Shown here piece by piece: positions 1 through 9,700 of a stretch of 35,047 nt of DNA. Source of the DNA: an uncultured bacterium (lineage in GTDB: Bacteria > CAYJRR01); assembly GCA_964372275.1 (NCBI GenBank), contig CAYJRR010000039.1, positions 1-35,047 of the forward strand. Reading direction: 5' to 3'. The notes under the pieces are model-generated. The model was not told where the DNA came from. It worked only from the letters and a program-made list of their open reading frames with translations, and did no database searches. A program made the translations under genes and the position numbers. Positions within the stretch are counted from its first letter, which is position 1. Each line of letters begins with the position of its first letter.

Positions 1-60
1 GAAGACCAGCACCTCGGCCACGAACCCGCTCAGGCCCGGCATCCCCAGCGACGCAAGCCC
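1..60 (-). pseudogene. Fragment of an NADH-quinone oxidoreductase subunit M (NuoM/ND4)-like sequence running off the window edge
   Basis: Minus strand 60->1 reads GLASLGMPGLSGFVAEVLVF, the conserved late-TM NuoM motif (ASLGLPGLSGFVGE-type). The frame upstream is non-homologous and stops at 157-159, so there is no room for the N-terminal three quarters of NuoM. Confidence 0.55.
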
Positions 61-174
61 GCCCGGGCCCGCCTCGCTTCGAATTCCTTGACCGGCAGGA
101 TAGCCCGCCTCACCGCCGCGGCGCAAACGGATAAACGAGCGCGGCCGCGGCATCGGTCACGCGCGGCGGCCTCG

Positions 175-678
175 TCAGTGAGGCGGGGCGAAGTAGGGGA
201 ACGCGTCCTCGAACGGGAGGTCGTTGGCGTCGACCCGGTCGGTGAGCAACGACGCCGGCACGCACGGCGTCCCGCCGCTGGTGTAGAGCGCGGCGAGCGT
301 CTGGTCGATGGCGTCGTCCTCCGGGGCGCGCCCGTTGCCGTCGCCGGAAGGTAGCGAGAGATCGATCGACAGGACGTCGGGGAGCAGTCCGCTGGAGACG
401 GTGGCCGTCGGACAGAGGTGCATGCGGGCGGTGAGACCCGCCATCACCGGCTCGAACGCTTCGTCGGCCGCCGGGGTCGACTCGTTGAAGGCCCGGGCGG
501 TGCCTCCGGAGGTGTCGATCACCGTATTGAAGAGCAACGAAAGCGCCGGGCGGCCGACCCGATCGACCTGGGGGGCCGACGGATCGAGCGGCGGGAAGGA
601 GGGCCCATCGCTCCCCTTGCCGCCGGTACAGGCGGCGAGCAACCAAACGGACGCCAGCAGGAGGACGAGGGTTCGCAT
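175..678 (-). CDS. Lipoprotein corresponding to the C-terminal half of DUF4331 family proteins
   Basis: ATG at 678 overlaps the upstream stop (TGATG). Lipobox LLAAC. Motifs QVDRVGRPA, NGRAPEDDAID and DRVDAND..F...FPYFAPPH are typical of the DUF4331 C-terminal region. Confidence 0.75.
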   Translation of the reverse strand: MRTLVLLLASVWLLAACTGGKGSDGPSFPPLDPSAPQVDRVGRPALSLLFNTVIDTSGGTARAFNESTPAADEAFEPVMAGLTARMHLCPTATVSSGLLPDVLSIDLSLPSGDGNGRAPEDDAIDQTLAALYTSGGTPCVPASLLTDRVDANDLPFEDAFPYFAPPH

Positions 679-1424
679 CACGAGTCGTGGGTCGAGGCCC
701 AGAGGTTCACGCGCGTGGCGGGCCCAAGGTCGGCGAGCGGGACCTCGACGACGATCGCCGAGACGTTCGTCCCGGCGTAGCTGTCGACGGCGGTCTCGGG
801 GTAGGGGGTCGCCTCCAGCAGCAGGTTTCCGGCGCTGTCGAGGTAGAGGCAGCCGGCGTCGTCGTCGCAGCGCCCGAGCAGGCACGCGCCGCCGGCGGTG
901 CACTGCGCGAACCCGCGGTGACCGGCGGACGTCCCCTCCCCGGCCAGGCTGAAGAAGAACGGGTCGTCGCGCGGTCCGGCGAAGACCGTCACCCGCCCGG
1001 TTCCGGTCTCGTCGGAGCGGACGATGCGCGTCTCCTCTCCGTCCGCGGCGACGTTGATCCGGCCAACGATCGGCTCACGTCCAGCGACGCCCGAAAGCCG
1101 GATCCACTGCTCGCTTCCCTGACTCGCGAACTGGGCGATCCAGGTCTGCTCGTCGGTCGCGACCACCCCGTCGGTGTCGAGATGGATGCGGTACTCCGCC
1201 GTCTCGGAAAAACGAAAATCTTCGGTATCGATGGGGCCGCTCAACGGATTGACGGTGACCGCCACGACCAGCGACGTCCCCCGCTTCCAGGCATAGAGGC
1301 TTCCCAGGTCGGTTGCGGGCGCGTCGGTCTGCGTCGGGTCGTCCCGGTGGTCGGCCGCGTAGGCGGTGGCGATCAGGGCCGCCGCGAGCGATGCGATCGC
1401 GACGGTCCAGGCGTGGGCGCTCAC
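678..1424 (-). CDS. Secreted protein corresponding to the N-terminal half of DUF4331 family proteins
   Basis: Signal peptide ending AYA/ADH. Motifs ADHRD, DLGSLYAW, TVNP, FAGPRDDPFFF, AGTNVSAIVVEVP and WAST. Start chosen at GTG 1424 (preceded by a TACTGT box); the ORF track start at 1496 would overlap the divergent gene. Confidence 0.78.
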   Translation of the reverse strand: MSAHAWTVAIASLAAALIATAYAADHRDDPTQTDAPATDLGSLYAWKRGTSLVVAVTVNPLSGPIDTEDFRFSETAEYRIHLDTDGVVATDEQTWIAQFASQGSEQWIRLSGVAGREPIVGRINVAADGEETRIVRSDETGTGRVTVFAGPRDDPFFFSLAGEGTSAGHRGFAQCTAGGACLLGRCDDDAGCLYLDSAGNLLLEATPYPETAVDSYAGTNVSAIVVEVPLADLGPATRVNLWASTHDS

Positions 1425-1473
1425 GATCCGGAACAGTATCGTGTCGGCGCCGTCGGGCGCTACCCTTCGCCCG

Positions 1474-2157
1474 ATGTCGTCCCGTTCGGGCGTCACGATC
1501 GGTCGTCACCTGCTCGCCGCCGCCGTCGCCTGGCACCTCGTGGCGACGGGGATCGCGGCGATCCCGGCGCCCGACGGCGCGATGCACCGCTCGTCGTGGC
1601 GCGATCCGACGGTAAGGGCCGAGCTCGAGGCGTGGGGGGAGCGTCTCGAGGTCGAGCCGGCGGTCCTGGAGGATCGCCTCTACCGCTTCGCCCGCCGCTA
1701 CATGGACCTCCGGCGGAGGGCCCTGGCGCCGATCCGGCCCTACCTGCGCGCCACCGGCTGCCACCAGCCGTGGCGGATGTTCGTCGCGCCGCACCGCTTC
1801 CCTTCGCGATTCCAGGTCCAGGCCCGGCGGGAGCGCGACGGCGGCGAAGACGGTTGGCAGACCGTCTTCGAGGAACGTTCGCGCGACGATCGCTGGCGCG
1901 CCCGGTTCTTCGAGCAGGAGCGCGTCCGCAGCCTCCTGTTCCGCTACGCGTGGCCGGAATACGGGGCCGACGCGCGCCGCTCGTGCGATTGGATCGCCCG
2001 CGAGCTGTTCGCCGACCGGCCGGACGTCCTCGACGTCCGCTGCCGCTTTCACAAGGTCCGATCGCCTTCGCACGACGAGGCGCGCGCCGGCGAAGAACCC
2101 GAGGGGAGCTGGATCCGGACGCGCGTCGTGAAACGGGAGAGGGCGTTTCCCCCGTGA
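1474..2157 (+). CDS. Single-TM partner of the HTTM protein (DUF5819/SdpA-like, QxWxMF motif)
   Basis: N-terminal hydrophobic helix (HLLAAAVAWHLVATGIAAIP), motif GCHQPWRMFVAP, and GTGA overlap with the HTTM gene. Confidence 0.7.
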   Translation: MSSRSGVTIGRHLLAAAVAWHLVATGIAAIPAPDGAMHRSSWRDPTVRAELEAWGERLEVEPAVLEDRLYRFARRYMDLRRRALAPIRPYLRATGCHQPWRMFVAPHRFPSRFQVQARRERDGGEDGWQTVFEERSRDDRWRARFFEQERVRSLLFRYAWPEYGADARRSCDWIARELFADRPDVLDVRCRFHKVRSPSHDEARAGEEPEGSWIRTRVVKRERAFPP

Positions 2158-3107
2158 CCGTCTGGAGCCGGTGGGTGGCGATCTTCGACGCGCGCGAGGG
2201 AGGCGAGTCGCTCGCCGTCTGTCGCATCGTCGCCGGCGCCACCGTCGCGTCGGAGCTCGCGCAGACGGCGTCGAGCGGCGCGGCCCGCGCGCTGTGGGTC
2301 GACGAGCGGTTCGGCGGGATGCGCGCGCTCGACGAAGGTTGGGTCCGGTGGATCGGCGGAGCCTCTCCGACGGTCGTCACCATTCTGCTCGTGCTCGGGC
2401 TCGCCTCGAGCCTCGCCCTGACGATCGGATTCCGGACTCGCCTCGCCGCGGTCGCCACCTGGCTCCTCTTCCGGACGCTGACCGGCCTGAACGACCACGC
2501 CGGCGGTTCGGTCGACGACCTGCTGGTGAACGTGCTGTTCCTGCTGATGCTTAGTCGCTGTGGCCGCGCCTGGTCGCTCGATGCGCGGCGCGATGGCGCA
2601 CCGCCGGTCGGTGTCCCCGCTTGGCCGCGATGGCTGCTCGTCTGGCAGCTCGTCCTGATGTACGGGATGACCGGCCTGCAAAAGGTGTCGTCCGGATGGG
2701 TGCCCGGGGGCTCGCTCGACGCGCTCTGGTACATCCTGCAGCAGCCGACCTGGCAGCGGTTCGACATGCGCTGGCTCGCGCCGGCCTACCCGCTCCTCCA
2801 GGTCGCGACCCTCTTCACCTGGTTGTTCGAGGTCTCGGCGCCGCTCCTGCTGCTCGCCGTCTGGTTCAACGCCACCCGCGATCGCCAGGGACGCCTACGC
2901 GCACTCTTCAAGCGCATCGACGTCCGCCGCCTCTATCTCCTCGCGGGGCTGGTGCTCCACCTCGGGATCTTCCTCGCGATGGAGGTCGGACCGTTTCTGG
3001 GGGCGGTTCTCTCTCTCTACGCCTGCTGCATCGAGCCGGAGGAGTGGCGATCGATCCTTGCGCGGGTCCGCCGGCGCGCCGACGTTGTCGGATTCAAGCC
3101 CGGTTGA
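2154..3107 (+). CDS. HTTM domain multi-pass membrane protein (vitamin K-dependent gamma-carboxylase/SdpB-like)
   Basis: GTG at 2154, multiple TM helices, and motifs LAVCRI, IGFRTR, WSLDA, WLLVWQLVLMYGMTGLQKVSSGW and LHLGIFLAMEVGPF. Confidence 0.85.
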   Translation: MTVWSRWVAIFDAREGGESLAVCRIVAGATVASELAQTASSGAARALWVDERFGGMRALDEGWVRWIGGASPTVVTILLVLGLASSLALTIGFRTRLAAVATWLLFRTLTGLNDHAGGSVDDLLVNVLFLLMLSRCGRAWSLDARRDGAPPVGVPAWPRWLLVWQLVLMYGMTGLQKVSSGWVPGGSLDALWYILQQPTWQRFDMRWLAPAYPLLQVATLFTWLFEVSAPLLLLAVWFNATRDRQGRLRALFKRIDVRRLYLLAGLVLHLGIFLAMEVGPFLGAVLSLYACCIEPEEWRSILARVRRRADVVGFKPG

Positions 3108-3110
3108 CCG

Positions 3111-4412
3111 TCAGCGCCAAATTCGCGCGACGAAGGCGTGGTTGTTCGGCTCCCCTTCCAGCGTGAGCCCCCAACCTGCGGCGAGGACGTTTCCGTCGGC
3201 GTCGAACGCGAGGTCGTAGACCTCGCCCTCGATGCCCAAGGAAGCGATTCCGCCACGACCGAACGTCTCGTCCATCCTACCGTCGTCGCGAAAGCGAAGA
3301 ACCCCGGCGACAGCGCGATCGCCCTCTCGTACGAACAGACCTCCGACGTAGATCATGCCGTCGTCGCCGGTCCGGAGGGCACGTGCCCAGTGGGCCGGGA
3401 TCGCCTCGGTTCCGCCTGCGAGAAACGCTCCGTCGATCGCGCCCCCCTCGTTCCAACGGACAAGGTAGGTGGCGGGCGTATCGCCGGACCAACCCTCGGC
3501 CAGCGCCAATAGCCGGCCGCGGTCGTCCATGGCCGTCGCGAGGAGGATGCAGTCCACCGGCCCACCGGTCTCGATGTCGAGCGTCTCGACGGGCGCGCCC
3601 GTGCCGGACTCGGCGCCGGTGCGAAGGATCGTCGGACGGTAGACGACGTTTCCGTCGTAAAAGCTGCCCGGGACGAGCAGACCCTCGGGCGCAAGTTCGA
3701 TCCCCGCGGGGAGCGCCCATTTCGAGGAGAAGGCATGGCGAATCTCGCCCTGCGAACCGAACGACGGGTCGACGATCCCGTTGGCGGAATATCGGCGGAT
3801 CACGAACTGCGCGTCGGCGGTCGGAACGCCGTACGCGACCAGAATCTCGCCCGTCGACGACAGAATCCGCAGCGGACTCGGTCCGGCCGGGTCGAGATCG
3901 CGCTGGTCGGCACCCGGAAGCTCCAGCATCCCGCCGTTCGCGAAGGTGCCGTCGACGTCGCCGTCGGAAGTTCGCGCAACGAGGACGAGTCCTCGTCCCG
4001 GTCGGATCGGATCCTCGCCGGCGGGCGTGTCCTGAGACCAGATCAGCGCCAGAATCCTGCCGCTTTCCTGGACGCCCAGCGCGCGCGCGAACTCCGAGGC
4101 GCCCAGGTCGATGACGACACGGCCTTCGACGCCGAAGGTCGGGTCGGGCCGTCCATCCTGGAGCAGCCGTCGCAGGCGAACGTCGCCCCCGTCGCCGTGG
4201 TAGCCGAGCGTGTCGAGGACGAGGATCCTTCCGTCCGGCAGCACGCCGACCGAGCGCGAGAGCGCTTGCGCCGGGTCGAAGGTCACGCCGTTCTCGCCGA
4301 ACCGACCGTCGAGGGCGCCGGCGGAACGCCAGTCCATTTCTCCCGTGAACACGCAGCCGGCGACGGCCGCCGCGAGGGCGCCGATCGAGACCGTACGTCC
4401 GAGCGTGCTCAT
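3111..4412 (-). CDS. Delta-60 repeat (DUF5122-like) beta-propeller lipoprotein, paralog 2
   Basis: ATG at 4412 in ATGA overlap; lipobox VAGC; repeated G.LD..FG..G and DGRILV units. Confidence 0.85.
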   Translation of the reverse strand: MSTLGRTVSIGALAAAVAGCVFTGEMDWRSAGALDGRFGENGVTFDPAQALSRSVGVLPDGRILVLDTLGYHGDGGDVRLRRLLQDGRPDPTFGVEGRVVIDLGASEFARALGVQESGRILALIWSQDTPAGEDPIRPGRGLVLVARTSDGDVDGTFANGGMLELPGADQRDLDPAGPSPLRILSSTGEILVAYGVPTADAQFVIRRYSANGIVDPSFGSQGEIRHAFSSKWALPAGIELAPEGLLVPGSFYDGNVVYRPTILRTGAESGTGAPVETLDIETGGPVDCILLATAMDDRGRLLALAEGWSGDTPATYLVRWNEGGAIDGAFLAGGTEAIPAHWARALRTGDDGMIYVGGLFVREGDRAVAGVLRFRDDGRMDETFGRGGIASLGIEGEVYDLAFDADGNVLAAGWGLTLEGEPNNHAFVARIWR

Positions 4413-5716
4413 CGCCACAGCCTCGCGACGAGGGCGTTGCGGAGGCCGAGGTCGTGCCAGGTCCACCCCGCGACGATCACGGCACCGTCGCCGTCGAGCG
4501 CCAGCCCGTAGATCTCGCCGTCCACGTCGAGAAGGGCCGATCCGGACTCTCCGAACGATTCGTCGATCGATCCGTCGTCGAGCACGCGCACGACGCAGGG
4601 GCGCACTCCCGCCGGGTCCCGCAGGACGGATCCACCGACGTAGATCGATCCGTCGGGCGCGATCCGCAGCGCGTATCCATAGAACGCCGGGATGCGGGCG
4701 GTTCCCCCCGAGAGGAACGTCCGGTCGATGGCGCCGTCGGGGAGCCACCGTAGCAGGTAGACGCCGTTGGAGGACTCGCCGAGGGCGACCAGCCGCCCCT
4801 GCTCGTCCAGGTCGGTCGCCAGCAGGACCCGGTCCTCCGGCTCCCCGAACGTGTGGAGCGAAGACGGGGCGGCGCCGGGACCGGCGGGCATCGTCCCGGC
4901 CCGGAGGACCGTCGGCGCGTAGATCCCGCTCGCGGGGAGCATCGATCCCGGAACGAGGATCGATTCGTCCCCCGAGACCTCCACGCCGGCCGGAAGCGCC
5001 CAGGCGGCCGGGAAGGTGTGGCGGACCTGCCCCTCTGCCCCGAACGAAGGATCGGCCGCTCCCTCCGGCGTGAGGCGGCGGACCACGAACTCGGAGGTGG
5101 TCGCCGTCGTCCCCAGGCTGCCGGGAAACACGCCCGTTCCGTAGGCGAGGAGGATCCAGCCGCTCGGCAGGACACGCAGAGGGCTGGGGCTGAACGAATT
5201 CACGTAGATCGTCTTTGCCTCCGGGAAGGAGACCGATCCCGCCTGTCCGAACGCGGTATCGCCGCGGCCGTCGCGGGTCAACGCCACGAGCACGAGCCCT
5301 CTCCCCTCGACCGATTCGTAGCCGTACGGCGCGTCCTCCGACCAGATCAGCGCCAGGATCCGTCCGTCCTCCTGCACTTCGATCTCTCGCGCGAACTCCC
5401 ACGCGCCCAGATCGAGGACGACGCTTCCGCTGTCACCGAACGAGAGATCGGCCGAGCCGTCGCCGAGCAGCCGGCGGACTCGGACATCCCCTCCGTCCCA
5501 CAGGTTTCCGAGCGTCTCGAGGAGAAGGATCCGACCGTCGGGAAGTCGCTCGATCGAGCGCGCCGATCCTTCCGCGGGGTCGATCGCGAGCCCTCGCGAT
5601 GCGAATCCACGGTCGAGCGTTCCGGGTTGTTGCCACGCGATGCGTCCCTGCTCGGCGCAACCGAGCAACGTGGCCGGGATGGCCATGCCTGCCATCGCAC
5701 GAATTCGACCCTTCAT
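4409..5716 (-). CDS. Delta-60 repeat (DUF5122-like) beta-propeller lipoprotein, paralog 1
   Basis: ATG at 5716 after a G-rich RBS; lipobox LLGC; repeated DGSxDxSFG..G units; collinear with paralog 2. Confidence 0.85.
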   Translation of the reverse strand: MKGRIRAMAGMAIPATLLGCAEQGRIAWQQPGTLDRGFASRGLAIDPAEGSARSIERLPDGRILLLETLGNLWDGGDVRVRRLLGDGSADLSFGDSGSVVLDLGAWEFAREIEVQEDGRILALIWSEDAPYGYESVEGRGLVLVALTRDGRGDTAFGQAGSVSFPEAKTIYVNSFSPSPLRVLPSGWILLAYGTGVFPGSLGTTATTSEFVVRRLTPEGAADPSFGAEGQVRHTFPAAWALPAGVEVSGDESILVPGSMLPASGIYAPTVLRAGTMPAGPGAAPSSLHTFGEPEDRVLLATDLDEQGRLVALGESSNGVYLLRWLPDGAIDRTFLSGGTARIPAFYGYALRIAPDGSIYVGGSVLRDPAGVRPCVVRVLDDGSIDESFGESGSALLDVDGEIYGLALDGDGAVIVAGWTWHDLGLRNALVARLWR

Positions 5717-5909
5717 GACGCCCCCCGCTCCCTCTTCGGAGCAAACGAGGTACCGTTCCGCCGGCCTCGAAGAGGGCAGAAAAGTCCTTGGATTGCGGCC
5801 CGATCGCGGACGGGCGCGTCGCCGATGGGGAGTGGCGGATCCATCGAGCCTCGATCCACCGGGGGGCCGGTGCTCCGGTGCGCGGATCCGCGCGATTCGC
5901 ATCGTCACA

Positions 5910-6599
5910 CTAGCTGCCGGTGATCTCCGCGTAGGAGATGGAATCGAGCATCGGACCGCACGGTCCTCCGCCGAGGCTCTGGAATCCGATCGAGCTTTCG
6001 TTCGTGGTCGCCGTGAGATCGATCGTCTCGCAGCGCCATTGCATCTCGGTCGGTAGGTTTGCCTGGTCGTAGGTGACGGTCGTGATCGGCACTCCGTTCC
6101 ATCGGAGGTGAAACGACTTCGCGTAGGAGCCGCAGGATTGGTTCGCCGAGTAGGCGTAGGCGACACGGTAGCTCCGTCCGGCGACCGTCGGCAGCGGAAA
6201 GGCGATCCGGCCCGCGTACCATCCGTTCAGGTCGAGCGACTGCACGCCGTCGGCGGCCTGCCAGTCGCTGACGATGTCGACATCGCCGCTCTCGACCGTC
6301 CCGTTCGCGACCGCCTGCACGGCGGGATAGGTGACATAGTAGGTCTCGGCCGGCACCGGCGGCTGCTCGAAGCTGGTGACAAGCTGGTAGCTCAGACCGT
6401 CGGTCGGCTGGCAGCTCGCCGCGACCGGAGTCGGGGCCGGAGTCGGAGTCGGAGCCGGAGTCGATTCGGGCGTCGGCTGCGCCGTCGGTGGTGGTGTCGG
6501 GGCGTCGGCGGCGTCCGACGGAACGTCGACCAGAGATGCGTCATTGCCACAACCGGCGAGGAGCAGGACGGCAAGCCCAAGTGGCATCGGTCGGATCAT
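5910..6599 (-). CDS. Lipoprotein with Pro/Thr linker and DUF642/choice-of-anchor-C-like (galactose-binding fold) domain
   Basis: GGAGGG RBS; lipobox LAGC; PTPAPTP linker; motifs SFEQP, DVDIV..WQAADGVQSLDLNG, TVAGRSYRV and GPMLDSIS. Confidence 0.75.
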   Translation of the reverse strand: MIRPMPLGLAVLLLAGCGNDASLVDVPSDAADAPTPPPTAQPTPESTPAPTPTPAPTPVAASCQPTDGLSYQLVTSFEQPPVPAETYYVTYPAVQAVANGTVESGDVDIVSDWQAADGVQSLDLNGWYAGRIAFPLPTVAGRSYRVAYAYSANQSCGSYAKSFHLRWNGVPITTVTYDQANLPTEMQWRCETIDLTATTNESSIGFQSLGGGPCGPMLDSISYAEITGS

Positions 6600-6743
6600 C
6601 GGATCCCCCTCCCTCCAACGCGCAACCGACGCTGCAACGGACGGGCCGGCACGCGCGCGAACGAAAAGGCTCGACGACACGCGGCGTCTACCGGTACGGC
6701 GGGCCGGACCGCCGGCGTGATGGGAACGACCGTGCCGAGCGGA

Positions 6744-9700
6744 TCAGCGCCCGCGGGGGGTCTTTACCCCGGAGGGGCCGAATCTCGCGGAGACCTTGGT
6801 GAGAACGAGGCGGTCGAGCGCCGACGCCGGGCCCAGGACGCCGCGCACGACATCGGTCGGCTTGGCCGTGGCGTGCTCGGAGGAGGCGACGAGTTCGAAG
6901 GCGAGGTCGCCGCGTTCGGTGACCCATGCGCCGACGACACTGGGACGGACGTCGGTCGTGCGCGGCGCCTCGCCACCGTCGCGTTCGGCGCGGGCGTCGG
7001 CGCGGCGTCCCTGTCCGGCCGGCGCGGGCCGGCGCAGGCTCTCCACCTCGACGCGCTCGGCCGCGAGGAACCGCTCGACCGCGCGGCGCAACTCGCCCGG
7101 CGCCGGCAACGCCGCGTCGAAGCGCGGCGCGACCTCGAACGTCTGCGCCACGATCGAGCGGCCGAGCGACGAAATCGACTTGTCGACGACCTCCGCGGCG
7201 ACCACACGCATTCCGTCCGGGAGCTGCGCCGTCAGGCGCTCCGCGAGCGTCGCGTCGGGAAGGGGCGGGACGCAATCGACGTCGACGTACTCCGCGCGTG
7301 ACGCGGCCCCGGTCATCAGCGCCGGCCCGAAGGCGAGTCGCGGCTGAGGATGGAAGCCGCGGCTGTAGTCGACTGTCACGCCGCATCGCTTCAGCGCGCG
7401 GGTGAAGAGCTCCATGGTGTCGAGGTGTCCGAGGTAGGCGGCGCGCGCTTCCTTGGTGTAGCGGAGGCGGTAGCGGGTGGAGGGGATCTCGGGGAGGAGC
7501 GAGGCCGGGGGGACCGGTGGGCGGCGGCCGGCGGGGCGGGGCTCCGTTGCGCGAAAGCGGTTTCCGGACGCGGCGGGGGTTGGCCGTGCGATCGGCGCGG
7601 AGGCCGCTGTTGGGGTCGGGGTCGCGGTCGCGGCCGCGGCCGAGACCGAAGCCGAAGCCGAAGCCGTATCCGTGGCGGTAGCCGTTACCGAGGCCGAATC
7701 CGTAGCCGTAGCCGGATCCGAATCCGATGCCGAAGCCGTCCCCGTTCCCGTCGGCGTGCACGTGCTCGTGGCCGTGGCCGATGGCACCGCCGTCGCCGCC
7801 GCGCCCCCCTTGCCCATCCGCGCCACGTCGATCCCGCCGTAGGGACGGAGCCATTCGCTCTGCGACGTGAAGGCGGTTTCCACCGCCACGGGATGCGCCC
7901 CCATCCCTCGGGGCTTCACGCCCTGCGGATACCGCATCGTCTCGACCGGGACGTAGGTCCGGTTTTTCACGATCTCCCAATCGCAGATGCCGCAGTCGTA
8001 GCAGCGGCCCGTCGCGCAGTCGGGGATGTACTTCCCGCGGAACGCCCAGCCGTACTCCTTCACGAACCAGGCCTTCTCCATTCCGCAGTCGATGTGGTCC
8101 CAGGGAAGTACCTCCTCCACCGGGATGCGGCGATAGGCGTACCAACCGGGATGCACGCCGGCCTCCTCGAAGGCGGCGAGCCAGACGTCCTCGCGGTAGC
8201 TTTCGGTCCAGCCGTCGAAGCGCGCGCCGTTCCGCCAGGCGATCTCGACCGCGGCCCCGAGCCGCCGATCTCCGCGGGAGAGCACCGCCTCCAACAGCGA
8301 CTCCTTCGCGTCGTGCCACTTGTAGGTGAGGCCGGTCTTCTTGAGCTCGTCCCGCAGCATCGCCTGCTTGCGGAACACTTCGCTACGCGGGATCTGCGGC
8401 TCCCACTGGAACGGCGTGAACGGCTTCGGAACGAAGGTCGAGGTCGAGACGTGGATGTCGGCCTTCTTGTCGTACTTCCGGCCGATCGCCTGGCACGCCC
8501 GCGCGGTGCGGACGATCCCCATCACGTCGTCGTCGGTCTCCGAGGGGATGCCGATCATGTAGTAGAACTTGACGTGGCTCCAGCCGCGCTTGAAGACGGC
8601 GTCGGCGGTGAACTCGATCTGCTCCTCCGAGAGCGCCTTGTTGATCACGTCGCGCAGGCGCGCCGAGCCCGCCTCCGGGGCCATGGTGAAGCCGGTCTTC
8701 CGGCCCGAGGCGATCTTCTCGATGATTCCTTCGGTCAGCGTGTCGACCCGGATCGACGGGAGGGAGACGGCGATGCCGTTGGCCCGCTGCGGACCCATCA
8801 GGTCGCCGAGCAACGGCTCGAGGCAGCCGTAGTCGCCGATCGAGAGCGACAAGAGCGAGACCTCGTCGTAACCGGTCGCCTTCAGCGACTCGGTCACCAG
8901 CTGCTTCACCTTCTCGGGCGACCGCTGCCGTTCCGGGCGGTAGATGTAGCCGGCCTGGCAGAACCGGCAGGCGCGGGTGCAGCCGCGCTGCACCTCGATC
9001 CCGAGCCGGTCGTGCACCGTCTTCCCCAATGGAACGATCGGCGCGGTGGGGAACGGAACGTCGTTCAGGTCGGGGACGAAACGGCGGCGCACGGCCGCCG
9101 GAGCGTTCTCACGCGGGTGAATGGCGAGAATCGGGGCCATCGTACCCGCGAGCCCGGTCGCGTACTCGATCTCGTGGTGCGCCGGGACGTAGACCCCGGC
9201 GATCCGCTGAAGATCGCGCAGGAGCTGGGCGCGCGGCGCGGATCCCTTCTTCCACGCGCGGTAGGTCTCGCAGATCTCGGGGAACGCCTCCTCGCCGTCG
9301 CCGAGCACGACGGCGTCGAGGAACTCGGCGATCGGCTCGGCGTTGTAGGCGACCGGTCCGCCGGCCAGGATCAGCGGATCGCCGCGCCTCCGTGCGGAGG
9401 ATCGGAGCGGGATCCCGCCGAGATCGAGCAGGTTGAGCAGGTTGGTGAAGCACAGCTCGTACTGCAACGTGAAGCCGACGACGTCGAACGCGGAGAGCGG
9501 CGTCCAGGTCTCCAGCGAGAAGGCCGGCACGCCGTGGGCGCGCATCTCCCGCTCCATATCGTGCCAGACGGCGTAGGCGCGCTCGGCGGCGATCCCCGGA
9601 CTCCGGTTGAGCAGGTGGTAGAGGATCTGCAGGCCCGGCCAGCTCATCCCCACTTCGTAGAGATCGGGGAAGACCAACGCCACGCGCACGTCGACCTCGC

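Noticed and set aside
675..681. Sequencing frameshift splitting one DUF4331 gene
   Set aside because: The downstream ORF begins with its own signal peptide and lipobox at a TGATG junction, which fits a genuine two-gene arrangement.
6420..6500. GGAGTCGG-type repeats as a DNA element
   Set aside because: Explained by the Pro/Thr linker of the DUF642-like lipoprotein.
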